In this document: one piece after another, positions 1 through 12,439 of the stretch
Layout of the letters: the number at the start of each line of letters is the position of its first letter
Numbering within the stretch: position 1 is the first letter of the stretch
Assembly (NCBI GenBank): GCA_038087875.1
Contig: JAXLNO010000073.1
Span: forward strand, 310,001-374,000
DNA from: Malacoraja senta
Taxonomy: Eukaryota
Length of the DNA stretch: 64,000 nt
Direction: 5' to 3'
Position numbers and translations under genes: made by a program
The notes under the pieces: generated by a model
The model's input: only the letters and a program-made list of their open reading frames with translations
Database searches by the model: none
Told to the model about the DNA's origin: nothing

Positions 1-555
1 CAGTTTCGTGCACAGCCTCAAACATATTTGTGGTCTCTTCTGCCATCTTATTAATTTTCCCCGTTAATTCTTCTTGCACATCATCCACTCTTTTTTTCAG
101 AGCACCAATGCCCGCAAGTATTTTTTCATTACCGGCCATCAAATTTATGTTTCCAACTTTCAAGTCATTTTTCAAATCTCTTACCGAGTTTTTTAACTCC
201 TCCAATTCGGTTTTCTCTTTTGTGGTCATCTCAGTCTTAGATCGTGTGTCCATTCCAGAAACCCCTCCAGACGTCCGTTTTGCAGTTTCTTGATGTTCCA
301 GAGTCTTCAGCGATTGTTTTGTAACTTTCCTCTATGGGCTCTGACCTGGAGACGTACTTTTCATTTAAAATGACTTTCCCTCCGTTAAATTCACGGCGCT
401 TACTGATGACGTCATCAGCGCCGCGACATGAGACTCCGGTAAATTTTTAAAAACGGTCCCGATCTCCAGACCCGATTTTAACGCGAAAAATCGCGATTTT
501 TTCGGCGGAGCTAAAAATGTTGCGACTGCTAGCAAAGCATGTCGCCACCGGAAGT
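1..555 (-). mobile_element. L1-clade LINE 5' UTR and start of ORF1, running off the left edge of the window
   Basis: The minus strand begins ACTTCCGGTGGCGAC, and the ORF1 start region TTTTAAATGAAAAGTACG...GTCAGAGCCC is homologous to the plus-strand L1 at 26469-26700. A coiled-coil-like minus-strand translation (...ELEELKNSVRDLKNDLK...KRVDDVQEELTGKINK) follows. Confidence 0.8.
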
Positions 556-563
556 CACGAGTA

Positions 564-641
564 CTAATGTATGTGGTTGTAATGTAATGTACTTCTAATA
601 AATAAAAATTTAAAAAAAATTAAAAATAAAAATGAATAAAA
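564..641 (+). mobile_element. L1 3' terminus with poly(A) signal and A-rich tail
   Basis: GTAATGTAATGTACTTCTAATAAATAAAA followed by an A-rich tail resembles the 3' end of the L1 at 30818-30866 (GTAATGTAAAATACTTCTAATAA). Confidence 0.7.
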
Positions 642-2736
642 TGTCCTCCATTTCTCTTCTACATCCTTCCCATAAAACAACATGTCCCAACTCACTCCTT
701 TTAAATCATTTCGCATCTCCTCAAAGTTAGCCTTTCTCCAATCAAAAATCTCAACCCTAGATCCAGTTCTGACCCTCTCCATAATTATATTGAAACTAAT
801 GGTATTGTGATCACTGGACCCGAAGTGCTCCCCAACACGTACCTCCGCCACCTGCCCTGTCTCATTTCCTAACAGGAGGTCCAGGACTGCCCCTTCTCTA
901 GTAGGCACCTCTATGTATTGCTGCAAAAAACTATCCTGCACACATTTTACAAACTCCAAACCATCCAGCCCTTTTACAGAATGTGTTTCCCAGTCTATGT
1001 GTGGAAAATTGAAATCTCCCACAATCACTACCTTGTGCTTACTACTAATATCTGCTATATCCTTACATATTTGCTCTTCCAATTATCGCTCCCCATTTGG
1101 CGGTCTATAATACACCCCTATAAGTGTTGCTACACCTTTCCCATTTCTCAGCTCCACCCAAATAGCCTCCCTAGACGAGCCCTCTAATCTATCCTGCCAA
1201 AGCACTGCTGTAATATCTTCCTTGACAAGCAATGCAACACCCCCACCTCTTGCCCCTCCAATTCTATCACCCCTGAAGCAACGAAATCCAGGAATATTTA
1301 GTTTCCTATCAGAGCCCTCCTGCAACCATGTTTCACTGATCGCCACAACATCATACTTCCAGGTGTCAATCCAGACTCTAAGCTCATCCACCTTTCTTAC
1401 AATGCTCCTAACATTAAAATATACACATTTAAGAGACCCACAACCACTTATTCTCTGTTTATTATCTTTTTCTTCTTTCTCCCCTACATTTTGGGTCCGA
1501 GTGCTTCCCTTCTCTGCCTCCTGCCTCCCACATTTTCTACCATCTTTCTCTATTTGAGTCTCTCCCCCCAACCGTTCTAGTTTAAAGTCTCCCCACTAGC
1601 CTTTGCAAATCTCCCCGCCAGGATATTGGTTCCCCTCGGGTTCAAGTGCAACCCGTCCTTTCTGTACAGGTCACACCTACCCCAAAAGAGGTCCCAATGA
1701 TCCAGAAATTTGAATCTCTGCCCGCTGCACCAGTTCCTCAGCCACGCATTTATCCTCCACCTAATTTCATTCCTGCTCTCACTGTCGCGTGGCACAGGTA
1801 GTAATCCTGAGATTGTTATCTTTGCGGACGTTCTCCTTAACTCTCCTCCCAACTCCCTAAAACCTCCTTTCAGGGCCTCTTCTCTTTTTCTGCCTATGTC
1901 ATTCGTACCTATATGTACCACAACCTCAGGCTCCTCTCCCTCCGATTTCAGGATATCTTGGACACGTTCAGACACATCCCTGACCCTGGCACCAGGGAGG
2001 CACACTACCATCCGGAATCGCCTATCCGACCCCCTAACCATAGAGTCCCCTATTACTATTGCCCTCCTCTTCTTTTCCCTACCCTTCTGAGTAATAGGGC
2101 CGGTCTCTGTGCCGGAGGCCCGGCCGCTGTCGCTACCCCCAGAAAGGCTGTCCCCGCAACAGTACTCAAACAGGAGTACTTATTTTCTAGGTGTACAGCC
2201 ACCGGGGTACTCACTAGTCCCTGCCTCTGCCCCTTGCCCTTCCTAACCGTGACCCACTTGTCTGCCTCCCGTGGTCTTGGAGTGGCCACATCCCTATAAC
2301 TCCTTTCTATGACCTCCTCACTCTCCCTGATCAGACAGAGGTCATCGAGCTGCTGCTCCAGGTTCCTAACACGGTCCCTTAGGAACCCCATCTCTACGCA
2401 CCTGACACATATGTGGACGTCTGGAGGGGTATCAGACTCCATGACCTCCCACATCTGACATCCAGAACAGTAAACTGCCCTGGCCCTCATTCCCCCCCTT
2501 ACCCTGGATACAATACAAAACTGGTGGAGGAAATCTGCAGGGATCCGACTCCCAATCAGCTGCTTCCTCTTAGTCCTCTTCCACCAATCAGCTGCTTCCT
2601 CACTTATAGGAAACCTGAATGGAACGTTACCGTTTTGGCTCCCCCTCCTGCAACGGTCCCTGGGCGTCTGGATAGTAAAGCCCCGCGCTGTTTAACTACT
2701 CACTACCCGGACGCTGCTCCTCCTCCTGCAACGGTA
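642..2736 (-). mobile_element. CR1-clade LINE 5' half: 5' UTR, ORF1 (Zn-finger/leucine zipper plus SGNH esterase) and ORF2 AP-endonuclease, with stops and frameshifts
   Basis: ORF 2056-2490 has CSGC...HICVRC. ORF 1577-2041 has HIGTND and DGLHLN esterase motifs. ORFs 564-1571 have NVRSI, ISETWL, GGGVALLV, YYRPP, GDFN and SDHN endonuclease motifs. Confidence 0.92.
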
Positions 2737-5700
2737 TGACAAAAAAAGGTTCCTATTTCGAATAAAACTTTTCCACAGACCCCCTCAGTGTAAATTTAAT
2801 CTTTTCTAGTTTTAGAAAAAACATTACGTCCTCCAGCCAAGCAGCAGCAGATGGAGGAGTGGTAGATTTCCAAACCAGCAAAATTCCCCTACGGGCCAAA
2901 AGCGATGTGAATGCAATGATGTCAGACTGGTTTGCATTTAAATCCAAAGCTTCATCTGCTACACCGAATACAGCTACAAGCGGGCAAAGACTCACTGTAA
3001 CCCCAAGGACTTCACTGATGGTTTTAAAAACCACTGCCTAGTAGTTACCACGTTTGGGAAGGACCAGAATGCATGAGCTACATTGGCTGGAGAGAAGGAG
3101 CACCTGTCACAGCCAGCCTCGGATATATGTCATCAAGCCTGGCTTTGCTTAAATGAATCCTGTGAAAACTTTGAATTGTATGAGCCCCGATCTAGCACAT
3201 GTTGACGAGGAATGGCTCTTTCTGTGCTTCTGAACAGCATTTCTCAGACAAATACATACCAAGATTATCCTTCCACCCAGTTTTAACATTGTTCAGGTTT
3301 TGACCTCCTGAAGACATCACTTGAGAATATACTACAGAGATCAGTCCTTTATTTGCAAAGGTAACAGTGAGTTTATCCAACACTGTGAGAGGCGGGAGAT
3401 CAGGAAAAGAGGGAAATGTTTTAAGTGGCGGATCTGAAGATATTTAAAGAAATGATTATGTGGGAGGCCATATTTTCTGTACAGGTTATCAAAACTATCA
3501 AATATGTTGTCAGTGTAAAAATCATTAATGCACATAAGGCCATTCAAACCCCATCGTCTAAAGTTTGAGTCAAGTGTAGAGGGCGGGGGGATAAATGGTT
3601 ACTGTGAATGGAAAGTTCCAAACGGATCTAACAAGGACACAATTGCAGAGCGCTAGGTGTAGGGTGGCTCACATAAAGAAGGAGGTCATCGGCGTATAGA
3701 GACACACGATGTTCCATCTTTCATCTCCTAATGCCCTGGAATAATGTCGTTGATTTAAGTGCAATAGAAAGGGGCTCAATTGCCATCGCAAAAAGAAGTG
3801 GAGACCATGGGCAGCCTTGGCGAGTGCCACGTGTTAATGGAAAATAATCAGATCGCAAATAGTTTGTCAGTATACATGCTAAAGGTGAATGATATAATAG
3901 CTTAACCCAGGCTACAAATGTTTTGCCAAATCCAACTCTCCAAGCTGAACGAGTATGGCCACTCCAATCGATCAAACACCTTCTCCGTGTCCAAAGAGAT
4001 AACAACTTCTGGACGCGGAGAAGCATTGGGCGGATAAACCACACTGGCCAGTCGACGGATATTAGAAAAGGAATGACGATTTTTAATGAAACCTGTTTGA
4101 TATTCTGAGATTATTTTGGGAAGTTGTCATTCTAAACGGCAAGCCAGCGCCTTAGCCAAAATTTGTACATCTACATTCAAAAGTGAGGGGCGGTATGAAG
4201 CACATTGAGTCGGGTCCTTGCCTTTTTTGAGAAGAAGTGAAATAGATGCCTGTCTAAGGGTGGGGGGGGTAAGGAACCATTTTCCAAAGATTCTTGAAAC
4301 ATTTCTAGAAGAACTGGTGTGAGCTTATCCTTAAATTCTTATACAATTCTAATGGGTAGCCGTCAGGGCCCGGGGTCTTACCACTCTGTATCGCCAAAAT
4401 GTCATTATTAATCTCTTCCTGCCCAAGAGTCTGATCTAGATCGTCTGCCTCTTCTGGTTCCAGAGTGGATATTTCCAAATAATCTAAAAAACGTTCCATA
4501 TTCGTTGTATCTGAGAGGAAGTCTGCGGTGTAAAGAGAAGAATAAAAGGCTGTGAAAGTATTGTTGATTTCTTTTGGATTGCTTGTTATGTCTTGGTGTG
4601 TTTCGTATCTGAGGAATATTTCGTGACGCGGCTTGACCCTTCAGCTGGTGAGCCATAAGCCGGCTCGCCTTATCACCACATTCATAATTATGACAACGAG
4701 TCCTGAGAATTAGTTGTTCTGTTTGGTTAGTAGATAGAAGATTGAATTTTGCTTGTAAATCAGCACGGCTTTTATATAATTCAGCAGTGGGTGCCTCAGA
4801 GTATTGCCTGTCCAGAACCAAGATGGATTGCGATTCGGTTTGCATTTCCTTCTCCGTTCTATATTGGCCTATGAGGTATAAGATATGATTTGACCTCTCA
4901 AGTAAGCTTTTAAAGTTTCCCAAAGTAAAGAGCATGATACCAACTCGGTTTTATTAGTATCGAGGAATGTGTCTATGTTAGCCGATACAAAACTGCAGAA
5001 TTTCTCATTGGAAAGCAAAAGGGAGTTGAGTCTCCAAAGAGGTCGTTCTTTAATGTTTAAAGGAAAACCTAGGTCAGCATCACAGGCGAGTTATCTGGTA
5101 TTACCATAGCAGTATATTCAATTTTCTTAACCATAGGATTAAAGGAGCTGTCTATAAAGAAGTAGTCTATTCTGGAAAAAGAACGATGAACATGAGAAAA
5201 AAAGTGAATTGTCCAGCAGTTGGGTTCAACAATCTCCAAGGGTCCGCAAAGCCATTTTGTTGCATAAACTGCGAGAAGGTATTTGCCATACCAGAAGATA
5301 TCCCCTTAGAACTAGACCTATCAAGCAGTTAGAACTAGACCTATCAAGCAGTTAGAACTAGACCTATCAAGCAGTGAACCTACCAACAGTTCAGGTCTCC
5401 CGAAAAGATCAGCTGGTGCGTGTTCAGGTCAGGTGTTAATGACAAAACCTTATTTGCAAGTAGACATCATCCCAATTAGTGGCATAAACATTCACTAAGA
5501 CGACAGGTTTTGAAAAAGAAACCCGGAAACTTGAATAAACCGGCCATTAGGGTCACTGACTACGTCAGATGGTGTAAACGGTATACTTTTGGCGATTAAT
5601 ATTACAACACCCCTGGACCTGCTATTAAATCTAGAGGAAAAATCTGACTAACCCACGCTTTACGCAGTCTGTTATGATCTTCCCAATCTTAAGTGAGTTT

Positions 5701-7273
5701 CTTGTGGAAGTAGTATATCTGTTTTTTATTGTTTTAGATGAGAAAAAACGTTAGCTCTTTTAACAGGACCATTCAGCCCCTTACGTTCCAAGATATAAAC
5801 CTCACAGGATGGCCTCCGTCAAAGTCACCAATAGCGATATTTCAAAATATATATTTTAAAAATACATACAGGGCCTGCGATCCAAAACAACGCGAAGGCT
5901 GCATATGAGAACAAACAATGGGAAAAAAAGTCGAGTGCTTTCGTGACATTCAAAGAATAAGCTGCCATTACCCAAAACATTTCTCCCATCCCCTTACAAT
6001 AACAAGAAAGAACATTTAACCCCCAAAATCTAGATCTTCTTCCCAACTGAGGACGATCGCAGGCATTACAAAACAAAAGACTGCCATAGCGTTCCCTAAC
6101 TAAAACTTTAAATCCAATTAAGGATGGCTCCCTTCTTCGAAAATTGTACGGTCGTTTGTTCTACGTTTAAGGTATATGGGTTAAAGATAACGCAGGTCAA
6201 GCAAAGCATTACGAGAAAGAAAGAAATACAAATTGTATCCCAGAGAGCAATTCTAGACGTTTACATTTTCGCTGGATGAAAGTCCTCGACTCATTAATCA
6301 GATTCAGCAGGATGGCAGTACAGCTCAGTCGAGATCCACAATTACAAAACTTAACAGTTTACCGCCGCAGGAGGCCGTGCCAATGCCGCATGAATATCCT
6401 AAAAAGTCATTGCTCTTCAATGCCGTCATCTCCCCAGCACGAGTGGTAAAACTATTTCGCAGCCTCTGGTGTATTGAAGTATTGTTTTTCACCTTCATGC
6501 CGGGAACCTGGAGCCGGGCAGGATATAGGAGGCCGAACCGAACCACTTTTTCGTAGAGCAGGGATTTTATCTCCCTAAAAGCTGCACGTTTTCTCCCCAG
6601 CTCCCCAGCTCCGCGCTGAAATCCTCATGAAAAAACACCCGGTGCCCGCGGAAGGACAGTTCCTGCGTCCGTCTAGTGATGATGCAATGTTTGTCCTGAA
6701 AGTAGTGAAAGAGAACCAGGATGACTCTTGGTGTAGATGGCTTGGTATTCGAGACATTCGTTGGTGTGGGTTCAACTCGGTGGGCACGCGAAAGCATGAG
6801 AGGTATTGGGAAGAAATCAACCCCCAGCTCTTCTTCAAAAAACTCGGTCATAAATTTGACAGGGTCCAAACCTTCCAAATTTCGGAAATCCCGACCACCC
6901 TTAGGTTGGATCTCCGCGACCGATTCTCGAGAACATCTAACTTCCTTTGGCTATGGCGGCGTCGGTGTTCACCAGTCTGTTACTGTGGTCATTCAGGCCG
7001 TCTTCAACCTCGCGAATGCGTTCATCATGTGTTTCGTGGTAGGACTTAAGGCAGCTGCAGCATTCTTGTTTGAGACTTCGCCGTCTTTTCCCCCAGTTTT
7101 AGCTCGGCGGTGCATTTTATTTTCCGTTTCGGTGTCTAACAACGCCTCGAGTCGTACACAATGTTCAATAGTGGGTTACCTTAAGCATATGAGAAAGACG
7201 AACAGGTAGACTTTAAGCAGAAATTGGGAGCCACGCTCACACACAACTGATCACCGCTTGTCCAACCGGAAGT
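2737..7273 (-). mobile_element. Degenerate L1-clade LINE (5' UTR, ORF1, ORF2 EN/RT/C-terminal), cut at its ORF2 end by the CR1
   Basis: ORF1 motifs RAHRV, FFHEDFS and GLLYPARL (6325-6878). ORF2 motifs GKTPGPDG, GTRQGCP.SPLLFA.AIEPL and SLYADD (~3690), plus C-terminal FFLKLEKIKF. The 5' end begins ACTTCCGG at 7273. Confidence 0.9.
5306..5375. repeat. 23-bp unit TTAGAACTAGACCTATCAAGCAG repeated three times inside the L1 endonuclease region
   Basis: Three adjacent identical copies read directly. Confidence 0.95.
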
Positions 7274-7276
7274 CTC

Positions 7277-7867
7277 CAGCATTTTCAAACCAAAGGCACA
7301 CTTTTAGCATTTTCAAACCATAGGCACACATTTAGCATTTTCAAACCAAAGGCACACATTTAGCATTTTCAAACCAAAAAACATTTTTAGCATTTTCCAA
7401 CCTAAAAACACTTCTAGCATTTCCAAACCATGAAACTATTTTAGCATTTTCAAACCAAAAACAACTTTTGCATTTTCAAACTGTATTTTCAAACTATATT
7501 TTCAAACCACATTAAGGCCATTCACAGTTTAGTAGACATGTGTTCAGTATTTTTCACAGCTCAGAATCAGAGACGTGACCCTCTCGCTCCCACACCTTGC
7601 AGAGACTGACTGAGGCACTCAACACTACCGGGTTTTATAGTCCTTCCCCCTCCCAACGGAAGGGACGTGGCCTTAATGGCGTGATTGACAGCAGAGAGAA
7701 TCGCAACATTTTTAAAACAATAATAAGTCTTTTACTTTTCATCGAAGGAAACATCCGCTTTTTGAGTAAGATGGCCAAAAATCACAGCCGTAAGTGGTAG
7801 CGTTTTTTCTAAAATCAATATGCAGTGCAAACAGGAAGTGGTCAAGATGAACCTTTTAGTATGTAGA
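7277..7867 (-). mobile_element. Non-autonomous Helitron-like element, 5' part, with an internal ~30-bp minisatellite
   Basis: The minus strand starts A|TCTACATACTAAAA (5'-TC after an A). No TIR or TSD is visible. It contains a tandem array of AGCATTTTCAAACC-based units at 7277-7510. The 3' CTAG end is not in the window. Confidence 0.55.
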
Positions 7868-8329
7868 TTACGTTGCAATGCCTTCCCGCCATTAATTGTG
7901 ATTGGTCCAGGAGAGTGACCTCACCAAAGATGTTTCTTTATCTAGTGATAATGTATCTTTACTTTATGGAATGTTTCCCCCTAAGTGCTATGTGTTGAAA
8001 CTATGTTGTGTGTTATTGTATGATTGGGCTAAGGAGCTGTCATTCCATGTGGTTTGCAGCCTGTATTGGTAATTGCTTGCAGGGGTTGCCTTCCCCAATA
8101 CTTTCACGCCTTTAGTTTGGAGGGGTATAAAGGGGAGGGGAGCATATTGTGGTGTGCCGACCGTGTTTGGTCTGTTCCATTTGCGCGAGGCTGTGTTGGG
8201 CTGATATAGGTAGCAACGAGGATCGGTCCCGCGGTATTGTGTACAATAAATAGAGTTGGAGTTCCAGTGCTCGTATTCGGTGTTTGACTGAATCAGATCA
8301 GGTGGGGGAGTTTAGATCCAGAATTAACA
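7868..8329 (+). mobile_element. ERV 5' LTR (left end displaced out of the window)
   Basis: Aligns with 22835-23304. TATAAA at 8126-8131, AATAAA at 8245-8250, ends ...AATTAACA immediately before the PBS. Confidence 0.9.
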
Positions 8330-8330
8330 T

Positions 8331-8348
8331 TGGGGGCTCGTCCGGGAT
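8331..8348 (+). promoter_or_regulatory. Retroviral primer-binding site complementary to the 3' end of tRNA-Pro
   Basis: TGGGGGCTCGTCCGGGAT, the canonical 18-nt Pro PBS, lies 1 nt after the LTR-terminal CA. Confidence 0.95.
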
Positions 8349-9809
8349 TTCAACGCATTGCCAACTCAAGTTGGCGGTTAAAGGAATCGAGTCGTGTCGG
8401 ATCGCAGAAGGTGAAATCGGCGCCCGGTGCGACTTTTCGCATCGGTTTTCCCCACTCCGCTAATCTGACGACGAATCGGTCATTTGCTTGCTTGTGCTTG
8501 GATTCCCGACGAGATCGATCGAAGGTTAGTAGTCTGGCGAGCACTGAGGTCGAGGGTTTGAGGCCCTAGAGGGTTAAAGTGCCCGTCTAGGTGGGTTCGA
8601 GTCCCAGGGGGTGAGGGTCGGGCTCACAAGTTTCGTCCCTATCGGGTTACAGTCCCCACCCCGGAAAGTCAACAGCTGTTGCGGTCAGGTCCATTGGTTT
8701 GGCCTGAGGATTTGAGGGTTGGTGGACATTGGGGTTTGAGGCCCCACTCAATATTGGTGTATCGAATGCCGAGATATCTTCAAAGACAAGACTGAGTAGG
8801 TCAGTACTAAGAGGGGATGTGCTGAATCGGTGCTGAGAGTGCGATTGGAAAGACGACACTTTAAATATCGACATCGGAAGCCAGCACAAAGCGGTGGGTG
8901 CTGAAGACCAGTATTTAGCGGGTAGGAGGGATTGAGGCCAAGGGTGTTTGAGGCTGCGCCTTTGTGGGTTCAAGTCCCAAACCGTACTGGGAACTTAGTG
9001 TTAAAGTAAATTGGCTGGAATACTTCAAAATTAACTGAGCTGGTAAGACGCGTCTGTGAAAAGTCTTGGACAGTGATCTAAGTTCTTCGTTTTAAACTCT
9101 GCAAAATTCGGGGTGTTCATATTGAATGCTTCTGGTTATTCAACTAGTTGTTAGTTTCTGATCTTCTAATATAGCGAATATCTCCGTAATTGTAATATGG
9201 CGACTTGCTTAGAATTGTGTCATTCACCCTGCTGTTGTAATCGTCATTGAAATCTTAACTTTGTTGAAATTGCGTGATCTAGTATAATTTTAAATAGTGT
9301 GATATACCTTAGAATTGTATTGTAATTGAATGCTTATATTTGATATTGAAGTGCGGTTGTGTATCACAGTTCTTAACTATATTTTTTTCTTGTTTGACAG
9401 TAATTTTGCTTTGCGTCTTACAACTTTATTTGCTTTCGTTTGAATCCAAGTGTTTATGTGCAGGTGATTTGCTGCGGCATTGTATTTGCTTGTTCCTTTG
9501 AGAAGTTGGTCCCCACCTTGAGTCGAAGTGTGTTTACGGTTTTAATTTACCGCTTTAAAAAGCTTGTGTGATCTCTGTGATTTTTGTGTGTGAGATTTGT
9601 GTGTAAGGTTCTTGGGTAAACACTTGAAAGGAGATAAATTTGCCTGAGAGACTTGCTAACTGTTAGGAATGTTTACCTTTGTTCTGTGAGAGACTTATCA
9701 GTGTGTTGGAAAATATTTTCCATTGGTTTGTGAGTAGACTTGTAAAGTGATAGGATTTTTGTCATTGCAGTGTGAATAGCCTGGGCTGCTGTCTCTATTG
9801 TAGTTGATA

Positions 9810-11770
9810 ATGGGGCACGTAATCGATAAGGCGACAGACCCCGAGAGCCCTCTCCAGATTATTTGCAGCAAGTTCCCTAAAGAGGCTGAAAGATTTAAAC
9901 ATTTTCCAGGAACTTTGAACAATAAGCTAGGTGAGTTATGGCCCGAGAGATGGGTAGGAGCCCTGGAAGGTGTGAGATATATCGGGAAAATAATTTGGCA
10001 GTATAGTCAGAGTGACGCTGCTAAGGAACACATTGGTCTGTGGAGACAGCATAATGAGGGATTAAGCGAACGGAGAGAGGCAGCGACTGGCAAATTGGCA
10101 AGAGGTAGCTTTGAAACTAGCGATAGAATTGAAAGAAGATGAAGGGAATAAACCCCTGGATACATTGAAAAAAGAATACGCATGTGCCTGTAGAGAATAT
10201 ATTTGGTTTGGATGAGGGAGACGAGGAATACCGGGAAGATTGGGAGAGTATCCGTATTAAAAGGGGGTTGCAGACTCCACCTTATGCCCCTTGCGCACCC
10301 TATATACCACCTCCACCTCCTGCACCTCATGTGCCTCACAGACCTTCTGTACCTGCAGCACCACCCACACCGCTGCTGATAGTGATCCTGTAGCATCACC
10401 TGTTTCCATACAGCAGCACCAGTGCACAGTTCCTTGACCCCAACAGCTCCAGCACTAACAGATATTCCAGTAGCGCTGGGTACACGGAGCAAGACAAAGA
10501 AATTAGCACCCGTATTCCGAGAGAAAGAACAAGTACCAGAACCAGGTAACAAATCATCCAAACCTATGAGAATAAGACGGCCACTCAGAGACCGAAGACA
10601 GTCTTTTAGAAATTATCGCCTTCCCCCTAGTGACGACAGTGATACATCGGAGGGTGACCTAATCTCTGGAGACACTTAAAGTGAGTCTGATATAGGAGCA
10701 GGCAGGAAAACTGAGCAACCATCTCTCCGCCAGTTCCCAGTTAGGAAGATGCCTAACCCAGCCTTTGATCCGACAATGCAGTTGGTGCCAACAATACTCG
10801 AACTATTGAAGTGTACTCCCCGTGGAACACAAATGAAATGATGGATGTGCTGAGTAAAATATCTGACAGAAAGAAATCACCTGCTTCCTTTGTGGACTGT
10901 CTCCGGACCACCATGCGTGTGTATCACGCGGATTCGAGAGATTTGTGGGCTGTAATTCAACACATCATAACTCCTACAGTGCATACCAGGTTCCTGGCTA
11001 ATTTAGGACACCCAACTCACGAGGCACTGGCTAATGTGATTGTCAATAACAATGCGAGAGGAGATGCGGTTTTAACTGTACTTGGCACTACCGTCCAAAA
11101 GCCAATAGACACCGCTAGAATTCTGTATGTTAGACCTAAGAAAGGAGAGGGAGCAAATGAGTTTCTAAAGAGGTTCTCAGAATTGTACATAGATCAGTCG
11201 GGAGATCTGAATTTTCGAAATGTTGCAAACTCTCCCAGTACTGCGCAATTTTATTAAATTGTTTACGAACTAATGTAGCAGAGCAATCAAGACAAGCAAT
11301 ATGGATTGGTCAGAGAAAAGTGCAAGTCAAATGGCCCGTCAGTTAGGTGTCATTGGGAATACATTAGAAAGCAAGAGAACCCGCCCCAAATTAAGGCAAA
11401 GACTGAATACGTTATAAAGAAGGAAGTGCCAAGATCCAATCTAGACTTATGGAGTGGTCCGCAGACAAGACCTCGGCATGATGCGCCAGAATGAGCAAGG
11501 GCGCCAGAACCGGAATATCCAGGTTACCCTGATGAACCACCTCCCTTAGAACCAATTTCCCCAAGACACTGGAGAGGGAATAGAGTGTTGGGAACAGACC
11601 AATGTTATACCTGCGGCGGACAAGGGAACTGGAGTAGGGAGTACCCGACATGAACATGACAGGAAGGAGGGGGCAAGAGAGAGAGCAGAGAGGGAACTGT
11701 CAAGTTCATCAGGGACAGAGAAGATGAACTCCCTTCCCTCAAAATAATCCATTCTCACGTTCCTGATTAG
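9810..11770 (+). pseudogene. gag: ERV gag (MA, Pro-rich region, CA, NC), multiple frameshifts and stops
   Basis: Starts MGHVIDKATDPESPL (Met-Gly). Pro-rich PPYAP stretch at ~10270-10370 and CA-like ORF 10811-11257. A degenerate zinc knuckle CYTCGGQGNWSREYP lies at 11603-11647. Confidence 0.8.
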
Positions 11771-12439
11771 CTAACTTGGTGGTGAACGGATGAAGAACCT
11801 GCACTATCATTGCGAGTAGAGGGAAGGATTTCAGGGGCAAGTTTGCTAGTATCGCATCTCTAAGCCACTCGAAGTGGTGTATCAAATCAAGGCAACAAAA
11901 TAGTAAGATTAAACGAGAACTTACCAGTTTGAAGTTTGATCTTTATTTTATGAGAAGTTACGATGAGCGATTACGTGAAGAACCCCGTCAGTCGGCATGT
12001 GCGTCGATCTTCAAAGCAGCGGTGTGAAATCACAGATAAAACGTAACTGAAGTAACATAGTAAGAATATAAAACAGACCTTCCAGTTGACCTTTATAATA
12101 TTGAGGGCCGGGAGCGGTGGGCACGTAATCGCTCATCGTTACTCCTCATAAAATAAAGATCAAACTTCAAACTGGTAAGTTCTCGTTTAATCTTACTATT
12201 TTACTTCGGAGTCACGTGAGTGATTCCGTGAAGAATTCCAAGCTCTGTGATTTCATGCCGTAGATACGAATCCAGGCTTCTCACACTGCATCAGTTGACT
12301 CAGGAGGAGTGAATAATGAGCAATACAATGAAACATGGTACAGATTAACATGTTGCTTTAATTCACAAACAGATAAAGAAAATACAATAGCGACCCCTCT
12401 CTCCCAGGGGAAGCTAGGAAACATAGCTTGAAATAGAAT

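Noticed and set aside
1577..2041. Stand-alone SGNH esterase gene
   Set aside because: It is the known esterase domain of CR1 ORF1.
7277..7510. Regularly spaced ~30-bp repeats resembling a CRISPR array (also 43692-44026 and 36400-36700)
   Set aside because: The units are contiguous degenerate tandem repeats without unique spacers, no cas genes are present, and the context is vertebrate.
8585..8660. Possible tRNA gene around GGGTTCGAGTCCC
   Set aside because: Only a T-arm is present. I could not build an acceptor stem, D-arm or anticodon arm, so it is reported as a hairpin motif instead.
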